Below are positions 1-13,445 of a stretch of 64,000 nucleotides of DNA, piece after piece. The position numbers and the translations under genes are program-made. The stretch is from Octopus sinensis. Lineage: Eukaryota. The number at the start of each line of letters is the position of its first letter. Position 1 is the stretch's first letter. The notes beneath the pieces were generated by a model. That model searched no databases. It was not told where the DNA came from and worked only from the letters and a program-made list of their open reading frames with translations. The stretch spans positions 77,376,001 to 77,440,000 of the forward strand of contig NC_043002.1 in NCBI RefSeq assembly GCF_006345805.1. The letters run 5' to 3'.

Positions 1-667
1 TGACTGACCGTTCGAATATATGTAACCTCTGACATTATCGATAGACTCAATTGCGGTTAGTCCAATAGTCAATAAATGCTAGCAGAAGTTACAGAGAAAA
101 AAAAAGCATTACATTACAGAAACAAAGAGCAATTTATTGATTCGTATTATGATAAACTAATTTTGTATTATACTACACCAAGAAATGGCTCCAGTAGCTA
201 TAAAACAACCAATATTTGACTTGACTTGCTAACCAATCTCAGCTTGCAGTAAACAAATTCAGAACTCCATCTTTAGCATTTCAACAATGAAGTTAATTCA
301 TTTAATCCAACCATGCTCAGTCTTGTTAGAATTTTAATGACGGCATCTGGAAAGCTCCCAAATCATATAAAAAGCCACATTAGTGTTATCAATTCCTCAT
401 TTTAACATGAATTTAGTACAGACCTAATACTGTTGCTGTTGTGAGTGCTATGGGGCTAACAAAAACCAGACAAGTGTGGAGTGAACACTTAATAGTTATG
501 AAGTTAAAAACACAAGATTACTGACCACATTGTATTATAAATTCAGACTTGACAACAGTCATTATGTTCAGCCTATGACTAAATCCTGTGACTTAGACTG
601 GCTGGCAACATAGTTAAGTGATTTAGTGGTTAAAAATTATCCAACTGTTAATTTTTTTTTTTTTAAG

Positions 668-721
668 TATATAAATACCTATGTTTGCATAAGCTCATCT
701 CACCCTTTGAAATAAGTAAAG
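668..721 (+). CDS. Candidate 54-nt phase 1-1 internal exon (YKYLCLHKLISPFEISK)
   Basis: Poly-T tract + AAG acceptor at 667, donor AAG|gtaaga at 721/722, open only-by-inspection in the phase that joins to exon 3628. No recognisable homology. Confidence 0.3.
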
Positions 722-1732
722 GTAAGAAACCTCTAAATATTGGTTCATTTTTATCTGTATACTTTGTCAACATAATGACAGATGTTGCTGATTTTTCTCA
801 TGAAATTGATTTTATTCTTTCCTATTAATTTCAAATTGCAATAAATTAAATCATTTTCAACTTCTATAGATGAAGGAAAATCAGATGACCTGTAAACTGG
901 CTTAAAAGTATTTATTTGCTGTGATTTTTAATCCATTTCAGAATCTATAAATTTTATATATTTTTTATAACTGCAGAGAAGTATAATTAAATTGTTATTG
1001 ACTGACTTTTTTTTTATATTTTAGATATTCCTTCAAGTATATACAAACTAATATATTTATTGCTTTCTATACATGCTATTAATTCTATTATGTGTTACCC
1101 TGTACAAAATATAAACGCTTAAATTTTAATTTAAGTGTATTGAGTCAAAAGAACAGCATACCCAATGACATTTTCAGTCTTTTTTAAACTATTGATGTTG
1201 ATGCAGTCTTTAGTTTGGCCTCTGCTTCAGCTGTCTAGGGAAAATATTATCAAACATGGAATTCTAGAATACTGTAGTTTAGTGAAGGAATAATTAGGAA
1301 GTTTGAGGGTTGAGACACAATAGTGACAAGGAAGAGAAGAAAGATGGGGATATCAGGTGGAGTTGTCAGAGATAGTGGAAACAGCAGATGGGACTAAACC
1401 CAAAATTATGTAGATGAAAAATGAACTTTACACAGCTTTGTCGTATACAATATTGAGCTACTTCAGTTTTCACTTTGACTACTTGTTCAATCAGAAGCTC
1501 CAGTCAATTCAATATTATCAATAAATGTTTTGTTGTTGCCTACAAGTTACTTAACAATACAATATAATCTATTTCTGTATGTGTTTGTGAAATCTCTATA
1601 TAAATTATCACAGATTGTGTGTGACTGTGATGGATTTAACTGTATGTTGTTCATGAAATGCAAGGGGGTTTTCTTTCATACATGTAGTGATTGTGATTTT
1701 GTAGCACTGAAGAACAAGTTGTCATATCTCCA

Positions 1733-1990
1733 TTATATTTCAGCAGTGCAAATCTTGTGTATGATGTCTACATTGCATGCGAATAACACTTGTCTGTGGA
1801 AGGTTAAAGAGCAATGAAGGGTGATGTCATATGCATAGGTATCATAAGAAGTAACATCAAGAAAGTTATTAATGTAGAGAAGGAAGAGTATGGAAGACAA
1901 AATCAAATTCTGAGGTACACCAAAGTTGATAGAATATGGGCTGGTGAGTTCCATTACTACATGCTTCAGCAGAACAGTCTAACAAATCAC
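1733..1990 (-). mobile_element. Decayed non-LTR reverse transcriptase fragment (CR1/L2/Jockey-like)
   Basis: Translation GVPQNLILSSILFLLYINNFLDVTSYDTYAYDITL corresponds to RT motifs GVPQGSxLSPxLF and YADD. Confidence 0.75.
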
Positions 1991-2349
1991 AAGAGATGTG
2001 ACACAGGAAAAAGTCCATATGCTGACAACTTATCTACATGTTAGACATGGTCAAAGGCTGGAGTCCATAGGAAGTCACCTTAGCTTCAAGATTCTTATCT
2101 TAGAACCTATGAAATAGTAATTGTTAGGAATAGCAAACTAAAATATCATAAAACATTTTGAATATTTATTAAGATATGTAAACAACATGCACACACATGT
2201 AAAATCATTATGCAGTGGTTGAGTTATAAAAATGGTCAGAATATTACCATTGGTTCCATACTTACTATTGCCACTAAACAGTATTGATGACTATTACTTA
2301 TATTGAGCATGGTGTTTTTTCCCTACTTATAGACAATTAATTAACTGAT

Positions 2350-2390
<41 letters not shown>

Positions 2391-2808
2391 TAATTTGGGA
2401 AAACAAATTTCCAAATCAATCAGGTGTAATCCTACAGCATTATATGCATCTACATATTGTACTTTGGGGTCTTATTTATCATATATTTATATATTTATTT
2501 ATAAATATACAAAGTATCTGATAAAAGTCAATATTCAATTTTTGGGGATTAATTGATATGCAGGTATTCTATTTCAGATAATACAGAAATAACCTAATGA
2601 GTATATTTGACAGTAAACTCATGGTATCAGTTTGCACATCACAAAATAATACTTAAAGGATATAACCAAAATTTCCAGTTGGGTATATAATGTACTTCTT
2701 TAATTATATCATACTTTAGTTAATACTCATATTTATTAAATATGAAGGAACTACACATGTTTCAGTATTGGAAGATTACAATATATATACATATACACAA
2801 CTGTATAC

Positions 2809-2855
<47 letters not shown>

Positions 2856-2905
2856 CATATATGCAATCGTCAGATTTACAATTATTCCAACACATCTTCA
2901 GGTTC

Positions 2906-3113
2906 TATTTCAAAATATTATATATCTAATTTTACATCCCTTTAAAAATAAGCAATACAATTAAGCATTAAAAATTACGAATTAAAAATTAAGAATAAAT
3001 ATATATATTTATTTATTTATTCTTAATTTTTAATGTGTAATTTTTAATCTTTGATGCTTAATTATATTGCTTGTTTTTAAAAGGATGTAAAATTAGATAT
3101 ATATTTTGAAATA
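2906..3113. repeat. AT-rich fold-back (about 100-bp arms), MITE-like or inverted duplication
   Basis: tatttcaaaat..atatctaattttacatccctttaaaaataagcaatacaattaagcat.. is mirrored by ..atgcttaattatattgcttgtttttaaaaggatgtaaaattagatatatattttgaaata, with a few substitutions and indels. Confidence 0.85.
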
Positions 3114-3627
3114 CCAAAATAAAACAGTAATCAGTTTTGACAATTTGCCAGATGAAACCATGGTAAATTATAATCTTGAACCATTTCTTCAATCTGATTG
3201 AAATTATCTATTTTATTATATGTCTAGCATGCACTATTACAGTGAGTATATACCAAAGCAAGTCCTTAAAAATCCTATTTGTGCATTTTATGAAATTATA
3301 TACATGTAAATCAGTCCTCATCTTAAAGATTTCTTAAAGGCCTTCTAAACACAAGTTTATTTCTTTTGCATCTGAAATACCAGAGTGAAGCAACAGATAT
3401 TGGAAGTTAGAAACCAAGTTGAATATTTGAATGTATTTTATATAATGACAAATTTTATGAAAAATTTTTGTTCATTTTCAAAGTTGGTATTGATTTATTG
3501 TGAAGACTCAAGTTTTAAAATTGATGTTAAAACCTAGCACTTCTTTTTTTAAACTTTTTCAATTATCACTTGGTTGATCAAAGCAGTTTTAATAACTTCC
3601 ATTTTTTGTTTTTTTTCTTCTTTTTAG

Positions 3628-3815
3628 GACTGAAACGGAAAGCCATGAAAGGGACCCCAGATTCTTCCCCAGAATCTAGTGAAAAAGCCCGCCAAGCAGC
3701 CAAAGCCCGTCAAGACGCTCGGCGAAAGATGCTTGCAGACAAAAGAGCAGCCATGCGGAAACTGTCAAATGCATCAGCAAATCAAGAAGTTGAAATCTTC
3801 ATCTCTGACAAATAA
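3628..3815 (+). CDS. Terminal coding exon of a probable GKAP/DLGAP (SAPAP/vulcan-like) family gene; upstream exons mostly outside the window
   Basis: Strong acceptor (long pyrimidine tract ...tttttcttctttttag|GA at 3627/3628), phase-1 open frame GLKRKAMKGTPDSSPESSEKARQAAKARQDARRKMLADKRAAMRKLSNASANQEVEIFISDK*, TAA at 3813-3815, AATAAA at 3996-4001. The peptide matches the SAPAP tail pattern as I recall it (ARKRLMAAKRAA...IEIYI). Family call is from memory. Confidence 0.65.
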
Positions 3816-4389
3816 TTGTGCAAACAACTAATCCAGTCACAATATATATTTATTCTAGGTATACCTGGATAGGTGTTCGCTTATGAAGATAAATGAATAA
3901 ATAAACATATATATTATATATTAGTGCTATTTTTCTTTTCCTTCTAATTATTTTTAATTTATTTATATTTTTATTTTCGTGAACTCCGCGCTCTCAATAA
4001 ATGATGTGCTATCATTTAGAAATATTAAAATAAAACAAAAAGCTACTGGATCACAGTGAAACTTCTGATGGCTTCTGGGGGCCTTAACTATGAAGTCATT
4101 TTATTAAACCAACTTGGATCGGGTCATCTTTCTCTCTAAACCTGGCAAGTTCTATTTTAAATTCTTATTTGGAAGATATGTGGACCAAGTAAACTTTTTG
4201 AACAGATTTTGTTGTTTGTTGTTTTTATCATTATTCTTAAAAAGGAAACATTTTTTTTTTTTTATTTAATTCCATAATTTCAGAAAATATCAAATTTATA
4301 GGGCCTGTGTCATTTAAAATTGACCTTGCATCTGTAGATGTGTGTGGAGACCGGAGCAGTATTTTTTTTTTTCTTTCTTTAGGAAGGTT

Positions 4390-4670
4390 AGCAGTTGCCT
4401 ATGTAAGTCTCCCAATCTTTGCACTAACAATACTTTCCCAAGATAAAGGCCACTAATTTGGCTAATGCAGATTGACAGCTTGCAAAAAGTCAAAACAGAT
4501 CTGACCCTCTAAAATTCTACCATTCCACTGTCCTGGGTGTGTACTTTCTTATCAACCCTCACAACAATAAAAGGCAAAGTTGACCTTTGCAGTATTTGAA
4601 CTCAGATCAAAATCAGAACAAATACTGCAAGGTATTCTTCCAATGTTCTAATGCCTGCCAATTTGCCACT
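4390..4670 (-). mobile_element. Decayed tRNA-derived SINE (family B)
   Basis: Contains aaaggcaaagttgac...gaactcaga...aaatactgc, the reverse complement of the family B body seen intact at 49612. Confidence 0.65.
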
Positions 4671-4820
4671 TGATATAAAATTTAATCGAAGATCTCACCT
4701 ACTTATTTTTCTTCTAATTTGTCATTCAAAGAACTTAGATTATTAGGTAATGCATCTTTAATAATATTTAATTTTAGTTTTAATCTTCATATTTTTTTTT
4801 GCTACTGTAGTTTTTTTTAA

Positions 4821-5272
4821 CCATTTCGATGACTGGCATCCATACTAGTGGAGCGCTAAGAGTACCATACAAGCATGATCATTGCTAGAGCAACAAGCTG
4901 GCCTCCCTGCTGGTGGTATGTAAAAAACACCATTCGAGCGTGATTGTTACCTGCATCACCTTACTAACACGTGAAAAAGCATTCAAGTAAGGTCGTTGCC
5001 AGTGCCACTGGACTGGCTCCTGTGCAGGTGGCACATAAAAAGCACCATTTGAGTGTGGCCGTCACCAGTACCGCCTGACTGGCCCTCATGCCGGTGGTAC
5101 GTAAAAGCACCCACTACACTCTCAGAGTGGTTGGCGTTAGGAAGGGCATCCAGCTGTAGAAACTCTGCCAGGTCAGATTGGAGTCTGGTGCAGCCATCTG
5201 GATCGCCAGACCTCAGTCAAATCATCCAACCCATGCTAGCATGGAAAGCGAACGTTAAACGGTGATAATGAT
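4821..5272 (+). mobile_element. RTE LINE 3'UTR (5'-truncated copy) with internal ~60-bp repeats
   Basis: Repeated ggtggcacgtaaaaagcacc units, then ggaagggcatccagctgtagaaac, CCATGCTAGCATGG (5231-5244), cgttaaac and a (GAT)n-like tail. Confidence 0.75.
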
Positions 5273-6799
5273 TAAATTTTACTAATTTTGGTTTATTTTC
5301 AAATTTATTGTCCTACTTTATCTTCAATATCACACAACAAACTGAAACATATGCAATTATAATTGCATCATGTGTTGATATGCAATTATAGACACACAAT
5401 TTCTGATAGGAAATTATGTCAATTGTTAGCAATTGTTATAAAATCATGCTAAGGAATGAAAATGGATAATATAATCTGGAAGGGATTTCTAATTGAGTTT
5501 TCTTGCCCATGTCCTTATTTTCAATTTGCCTAATCAATGAACCTTTATCATCCCAGTCATTCTGAGGTCTGGTAAGTACAAATAATGACAATATTTCACA
5601 GAGGAAGTCTAATAAAACTGAAACATGTCCATACATTTGTCACTATACTTATAAAAAGCTCACTCACTCCCAACTGCATGCCTTCATTCAACTTTTAATC
5701 AATTTCAATATTGAAATTGTCTTCCTTGCTTTCATTTTTCCTTGGCAAGAATTATCATTAATGTGAAGGAGTTTTCCTTACTGAAGGAATTTTAATTGAT
5801 CAATATTTTGGACTTACCACATTGTGTTACCCCTGCACTCAGAATATCAACCATATAAACAAATCTTATGTCATTTTAAGTTGGTGCTTGATAAGCATTT
5901 TCCAACCAGTATTCTCTTTAAACTCTAGCATTCCACAAGAGGCTGCATTTTATGAATCATTTTTGTGCTTTTTATATTTGTGTTTTTATTAAATGCACAG
6001 CATATTCCCTAAGGTAGGGAAATCCTGCCATCTCTCTGTAACAAATAGAGCTTACAGGGGGAAATAGCTTTTTAGTAAAGAATTTGATCTATCAACATAC
6101 TGCTTCAGAGAACTTTTCTTAAATATTCTTTGTTGTTTTTGATGGATTTAGCACTACCAAACCCTTCAAAGACAGTTTATAATATGTGTAATTACCTACA
6201 AAAGACAAGCAAGTTCCCTGAGGCATGAAATGCATTTCAAGTTCTCTATGATTTGTTTAATCACCAAAGACACTTCACTTTATCAAAGAACAACCAAACA
6301 ACTAATAAAGATATATCATTTTTATATAGTAGTTTCCCTGAAGCATAGAACATATTTCAAGAGTTCTCCAAGACTAAACCAGGTTGGGAAATGCTGGTCT
6401 TTCTTTGATGACAACTTGTTAGCTACAGTCAATGATCTACTTTATTATTGATAATAAACTAATTCTTAGACGATGAAATTAGAATATACATTGAAACAAT
6501 CCTAAGATAGAATGGCTTCTTCCCTAAAGGGCAATGTGTTCCACTTAAGTTCAATCCTAATTTTGTTATCTCTTTGTATAAATAAAATCTGGTGTGTATA
6601 TGAAATAGGGAAGGTGGGGTGAGACAAGAAGTGCGAGATGAAAGAGAAGGAATATGAGTATGAAGAGAAACTATGCTCCTACACAGAAAGAGAGAGAGGA
6701 AAAGACAAATACTGTACCTGCAAAAGAGAGTGGGAGACAGATATACTGCTAAGAGACAGAGACATTATTACACAAAAATAACAGGTGCTGTGTCATCAA

Positions 6800-7330
6800 C
6801 AGCATCATCATCATCATCATTGTTTTGGCATGGTTTTTATGGCTGGATGCCTTTCCTAATATCAACCACTTTACAGAGTGGACCGAGTGCTTTTTACATG
6901 GCACAAGCACAGGGGGGGATCAGTTTTAGCATAGTTTTTTACAACTGAATGCCCTTCAAAATGACAAATGCTTTACAGTGTGGATTGGATTCTTTTTACA
7001 TGGCACCAGCACTGGCAGGATCACCCTGTAACTTGCAAGACAAAGATCCTTTGAAAGGGGAGGGGGCATTGGAGGAGATGATCTTGTTCCAGATGATGAA
7101 AGGTTAGAGTGTGACAGAGACAGAGGTGTCTTGCTGTAGAGGAGGTTCAAAGTTACTTGGCCAGAGAAAGAGAGAATGATCGTGGTTGAGGACAGAAACA
7201 GGTGTGCTGCTGTAGAGGAGACACAAGGTTATTTCAAAAAGAGAAAGAGTGTGGAAGACAGCAAGAGTGCAAGATAGACCAGGAGAGAGATAGTGGCAAA
7301 GTGCCTGTGCATACTCACAAGGAGCGGAGA
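6800..7330 (-). mobile_element. RTE LINE 3'UTR variant
   Basis: (CAT)n tail at the left end, ggatgcctttcc motif, gacagaaacaggtgtcttgctgtagaggag repeats shared with 25700-26000. Confidence 0.65.
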
Positions 7331-8699
7331 CAGAATATAAATGACATAGAAAATTTTGCTTTGTTTCATGATGCATCAAATTGCAATTTTATTTTCATGT
7401 TATATGTTTTACCTTTTACTTCTCTCGTTGGACTGTGGCCATGCTGGGGCACCACCTAGAAGGTTTTTAGTTGAACAAATTGAACCCAGTACTTTTGTTT
7501 TTGGAGGGCTTTGCCAAACCATTAAGTTATAGGGATGTAAACAAACCAACACCAGTTGTCAAGAAGTGATACTGATAAAAATACATATGTCTGTCTAAGA
7601 TACAGAAATGTTCAACATTTAAAAAGCTTTTCAGTACATTTTGTCACTGTACAGATTATTTATGATATTGTTATTTTGAAACATATAAACTTACTTGTAT
7701 AAAGCAATTTCCTCAAGCTTCAGGAAGAGAACGGTTGCATTTCATAACTACCATTTCCTGGAATCCATAGTTTCTGCAAGAAAAATTTTAAGATTATGTG
7801 CATTTTGGGGTCATTTTTTTTATTAATTCTATATTCATAATTTATTTATAATTGCATAATGTATTTCCTAAGGTTGCCATTCTTACACAATAAAGAGACC
7901 TCAAAGAAAAAAAATGACTTGGAGAAGAAGTGTTAATCTTGTATCATAGTGTTATGTACTAGATAAGAGATGCAACTTTAGACTATTTCCACTAGATATA
8001 TAGCTTTAGGTTTATTTCAACTGGGAAAACAAAAGAAGTCTGTGCATGAGAGAGATTTCTTTCACATGTGTAGCAAGCCTCAAATAGATATGAAAGAAAA
8101 GAGGAAGTTTAAAAAATCATATCTTCACATGCCTTTGCTAGGAACATGAGTAATGTATGTGAGAATAAATCCAGTTGAGAACTGAAGTTGGTCATAGATT
8201 CAATTTTTAAAAAGTACCCTCACTAAGTCCACCTTGGTAATTCTGTTGTTATTATTTACTTTCTTCTTGATATTTAAACTATATTGTGAAAAAAGAAGTT
8301 GCTAACCTTTAAACTAGTTGTTGTTAATTAAGCAGCTGAAAACAAGAAAATGAAGCTAGTGTTTATTTTTCATTTTCAATATTTATTTAAAGGAAATAAA
8401 AAGATTTTCTACGACAGACATTTTTTATATCAACTGTATTTAGAAAATAAATAGGAATATCATATATTTACTTTTTTCATTTGCAGACACTGTTTGTCTC
8501 TAAGAAACACATGTCTACCATATAATACTTTGTTATCTACATTATTTAATTTGTTTTAAGAACTTTAGACTGGAATCAAAATGTTTTATTTAAACATAAA
8601 TGATAAGTATATTTGAGAAAGGTCAAACTTCACATAAACAACTCTTTCAACAAAAAATTCTTTGCTGAAAATTAGTTAATGCATCCATACCAGCACATT

Positions 8700-9160
8700 G
8701 TTGTAATAGAGAACCCATAAGAAAGCAATTTTTAATGGTGTAGTAATGAGAAAATACAACACTCATGCCTTCCGTTTTTGTTCTTCGAAGGAATTATCAA
8801 TCTATTGTATTTGATGGCATTATAACACCCATCTAACACCCGTGGACATGTTTACAAAGTCAGAAAACAGCACAGCTCCCATGACTTTCAGAAACATTTT
8901 TTCATGCTAAGAGTTGCTGAAGTGTGGAACAGACTGCCGGCATAAGTTGTTAGTTGTCGGAGCACTGCATCCTTCAAAACTTCCATGCTTCCTGAGATTC
9001 GCCAACACTACACCTGATTTTCTCCCCTCCATACACACGCAAGCATGTATCTGACTCATACACTGTTCGCTTTTCAGACATTTGTACATTACTGCATATA
9101 CTTTATACGCACTTTTTGACAAGTTGTGGTGCACCTGAGCACTGTATACAATAATTTCAT
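8700..9160 (+). mobile_element. CR1-like LINE 3' end
   Basis: Reads TRGHVYKVRKQHSSHDFQKHFFMLRVAEVWNRLPA, the CR1-type ORF2 C-terminal pattern (TRGH..K..FF..RV...WN.LP), followed by a 3'UTR shared with 41300-41710. Confidence 0.8.
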
Positions 9161-9290
9161 TATATATATATATAAGATGCAGTATTTTGTTGGGTTTTTT
9201 TTTCTTTTCTTTTTTTTTTTTTTTCAAAAACAAAAATGTCTCGAAATATCACCCTGGGCTTTATAAGTAAAGCTGGGCCTCCTATAAGCT

Positions 9291-9514
9291 TTCACCCTTT
9301 AGCATTCAGATTATTCAGTCAAATGTAATGTTTATTTATTCACATTATTTTTAATCAATCATGCATTATCTTATAACGTTGAGATCTCAATGGTGTGGTT
9401 GTTTATTTTTAGAATAACATTGTAGGGTGGGTGTGAGAGGTAGGATCTGGCCAGTTTGAATATAAAACAGATTACAGCTGGTTTAAATGGCTTGTTCAAA
9501 TGCTAAAGGGTTAA
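9291..9514. mobile_element. piggyBac-type MITE
   Basis: CCCTTTAGCATT ... AATGCTAAAGGG TIRs and TTAA on the right; homologous to 38666-38871. Confidence 0.75.
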
Positions 9515-9949
9515 TGCACTAAAAAAAATTTTTTTTATGAATATGCATTGCTAAAATTAGGGTGCATCTAAAATGCCATTTTTATGCCATCAAATGTAGT
9601 AAGTGAAGAGCTGACTGATATATGAAGCTACATCAGCAACTGTTGTGTTTTATGCCAGCTTTTCTATGCTGGCATGTGTTGGACTGGGTTTTTTTCCTTA
9701 GGTTCTTAGGCAATGTTTTACAACCAAAAGCCTCTCCTGTCACTGGCTACTTCAGTCACTTCTTACAGCATGCAGGAGTGTGGGTGATCTATTCTAAAAG
9801 TGGGCTTCCCACCAGAAAGAAGTATTAAAGATCCATCAGAAGTAATACTTTCTTCTTCAAATACAAGGCCAATATTTGTAATGGAGGAGTATAGTTGTAG
9901 ATTTTGCCATTAGCAGAGAAATGTATTTACTGGGGGAGAAGTTGAAAGT

Positions 9950-10200
9950 GAGGTTGATTGGGTGATAGTTGACAGGCTCAGAGAGAATGGAACACACTGC
10001 AGAAAATGACTGGAGAATTTGTTAATAGTAAGAGTTAGTACAGAAACTCAACACCCAACACAAGGACCAAATACTGAAGTCAATAGCTGTATGATTGAAT
10101 GGATGATTAAGGATATAAAGGCAGGGAAAGTAACTGGATCATCAGAGATAATTGCTAAGATACTGCAATCAGGTTGCACAGGGTGGCAGAACACAACTGT
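9950..10200 (+). mobile_element. Decayed RTE RT N-terminal fragment
   Basis: IKDIKAGKVTGSSEIIAKILQSG corresponds to the K.GKAPG.SGI.AEMLK motif, as at 32060-32120. Confidence 0.6.
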
Positions 10201-10519
10201 CAGAGATATCGCTAAGGTTCTTTTAATTGAAATATGTCCTCCACATTAATCTGTTAATAAATGAGCATAAATACATGAAAAATTAAAGTTCTGGTTTTCA
10301 AGTTTCTTAATTCTTCAACTCCTTACTAATTGACTGATCTCTTCTGATATAGTCCAAGCAACTATTTCAGTACCAGTGAGTAATGGTTTTGAGGAAAGAT
10401 GCATAGAACACGAAGGTCACCCAAAATTGGAACAGATTGATTAAAGTTTTGAAAAGAATCAAAAATCTATTAATTTTCATCATCTCTGAGTATAATCTAA
10501 GACAACATAATAATCTTTT

Positions 10520-10740
10520 CTTTTCTACATCAGGCACAAGGCCCGGAATTGTGGGGTAGGGGGCCAGTTGATTAGATCAACCCAGTACGCAACTGGTACT
10601 TAATTTATAAGTCCCAAAAGGATTAAAAGCAAAGTCGACTTCGACAGAATTTGAACTCAGAACACAAAGACAGATGAAATACTGCTAAGCATTTCACTTG
10701 GCATGCTAACGTTTCTGCCAGCCTGCCGCCATCGTCGTCG
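10520..10740 (-). mobile_element. SINE family B
   Basis: Reverse complement of ggcgagctggcagaaacgttagc...gagttcaaatt...ctttgcttt...aagtaccagtt...ccttgtgcc. Confidence 0.75.
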
Positions 10741-11558
10741 CCGTGGTGGTGTTGGTGGTGGTAGTGGTGGTGGTTGGTGGTGGTGGTGGTGGTGGTGTTG
10801 TTGTTGTTGTTGTTCCTGCATTAATTTTGTAAGTTTATTAACATCTTTGGCTATTGTTTGAAACTGTCCTTAGAATGGTAAACAGTAGAACATAAAAGCT
10901 GTATCCACATCAGCATCAGAATAAATATTTATTTCGAAGGTAGTAAATTAAAAGTTTTTAAAAGTTAATTAACAATTTCTTTTGTGGAGCAGCTTTAATG
11001 AATTGATTTGTTTCTAGTAGTTTAATACACAGCAGGAAATAATAGATGTAAATTATTTCCTGCTACATTACCAAAGAAAGGACCATCTCAGCGCCATTAA
11101 TATAACGACAGGAACATTATGATAAAATTAAGGAAATAGGTGAAAGATCATTATTATTATATTATCAATTAAGCTTGAGAATATTAAGGAAATACAAAGA
11201 AAGCTGCTAAGATTGGATACACAAGAAAAAGAATAGAATCATCATCATTATCACACCGCATATCAAGTTATGCAGTATGTTGCTGATGGTGGACAATTAA
11301 TTATATCTTATGGACAATTTCGTTTTTAATTTGCCAATTATGAATTAGAAATATTGGAAGATTACTGTTCAGACAATAATTCCACGTTTTTCCCTGTCAC
11401 TTTTAATTTAGAATGTAAAGAAGACTCTCTTTTATTCATAACAAGTTCTTCACATTATTTTTTTTTTCTACTTCCAATAAATCATCAATTCACTACTCCA
11501 TAGCAGTAATAATATTCACAAAGATTATAATTGAAAAAAAAAAACAAACTAACATATA

Positions 11559-12100
<542 letters not shown>

Positions 12101-13445
12101 ATTTCATGTAATATGGTGCAGTCAAAACAGCTGAAGTTCCTTTATTTAAACAGAAATACAAACTGGTGATTTTATCATGTAGTACAGTAAAAGGAGTAAT
12201 TTATGAACAATAACAATGAACTTTTTGTATATTGTGCTGAGGTGCACTGCAACTCATTGGAAAAGAGTAAAAGAAAGCAGCAACAAGCCAAGTAAAGAAG
12301 GAAGTGCAGGCACAGTACACTGAACAAAACAAAAAGATAAGAGAATTAAATAAGGGAATCATAAAGGGGAAACGGTGTACAGGTATGCCATTTGAGGTGA
12401 TGACGTCTGGAAATGAATGAAAGTCGAAATTTATCTCCAGCCTACAGCAGATACGAAATTAATGTTTTATAACTAAAATGTACTCACAAAATACAGCTAC
12501 ATAAACAAACCAATACTGGTTGTCAAGTGATGGTGTGGAACACACACACACACACATTCCAATATGCAGTGGGATCGAACCAAGCTAAGAATTTCTTGGC
12601 AACAGTTGTGTGTGTGTCAGTTTTTATTAGAAAGCTGAATATACAAAAGGAGTTGGCTCAAAACTGATCCCATCATGGGATCCTTATTATGCTAAAAAAA
12701 ATCTGCATTCGATATTGGAAAGTTGTACACTAAATTATTTTACTGATAATATATATCATTTAAAGCAAACGAGATATGTTACAGCGACATTAATATATAG
12801 AGAAATCCAAATTATCCTTTAATTTGGCAAGAGTAAAAAAAAAATGTTTTCAAGGGAAATAACTTTTTAAATGAGTACAGTCCCTTAGGAAAACTAATTT
12901 AGTCAAACTTAATACTTCGTAATTTCCGTTAAAAATATATATTCATTTGAAATCTGGGAAATCCCTATGTGGCAATTCGACCTTCTTGAAATAGCGGCCA
13001 AATCTCCCTCAAATCACATCATAAAAATGGATACACCAGCTAATATTGGTCGTAGATTTCTAGGATGTTTGCAACTGAAATGCCTTGTTTAAACCTAGGT
13101 TTAAACAACAATAGAAAAATACTACTATAGAAAAATAAGATATATCTTCGTCACGTTTCAGTCACAGAACTGCGACCTTGCTGGAGCACCATCTTAGTCG
13201 ACCAAATTAATTCCAGTATTTTTTTAAAGCCTGATACTTATTCTATCGGTCTCTTTGTCGAACCGCTAATTTACAGGGACGTAAACAAACCAACACCGGT
13301 TGTCAAGTGGAAGTCTCACACACAAACACACATATATAATTCATTCCAAATGGGTGCAGTCGAAACGAAACCAGCCAAGAACTTCTCAGCAACAGTTATG
13401 TGTATAACAGCTTTTAATTATATAAAAAAATATGAATAGATGCAT

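Noticed and set aside
2528-2563. FWGLIDMQ|gt as a GKAP-domain exon (like FWDM..Q)
   Set aside because: In-frame stop just upstream, no pyrimidine tract at the acceptor, and only a few matching residues.
5436-5636. Minus-strand ORF and nearby splice-like sites at 5555-5580 and 7700-7790
   Set aside because: Isolated signals with no consistent exon chain or recognisable protein.
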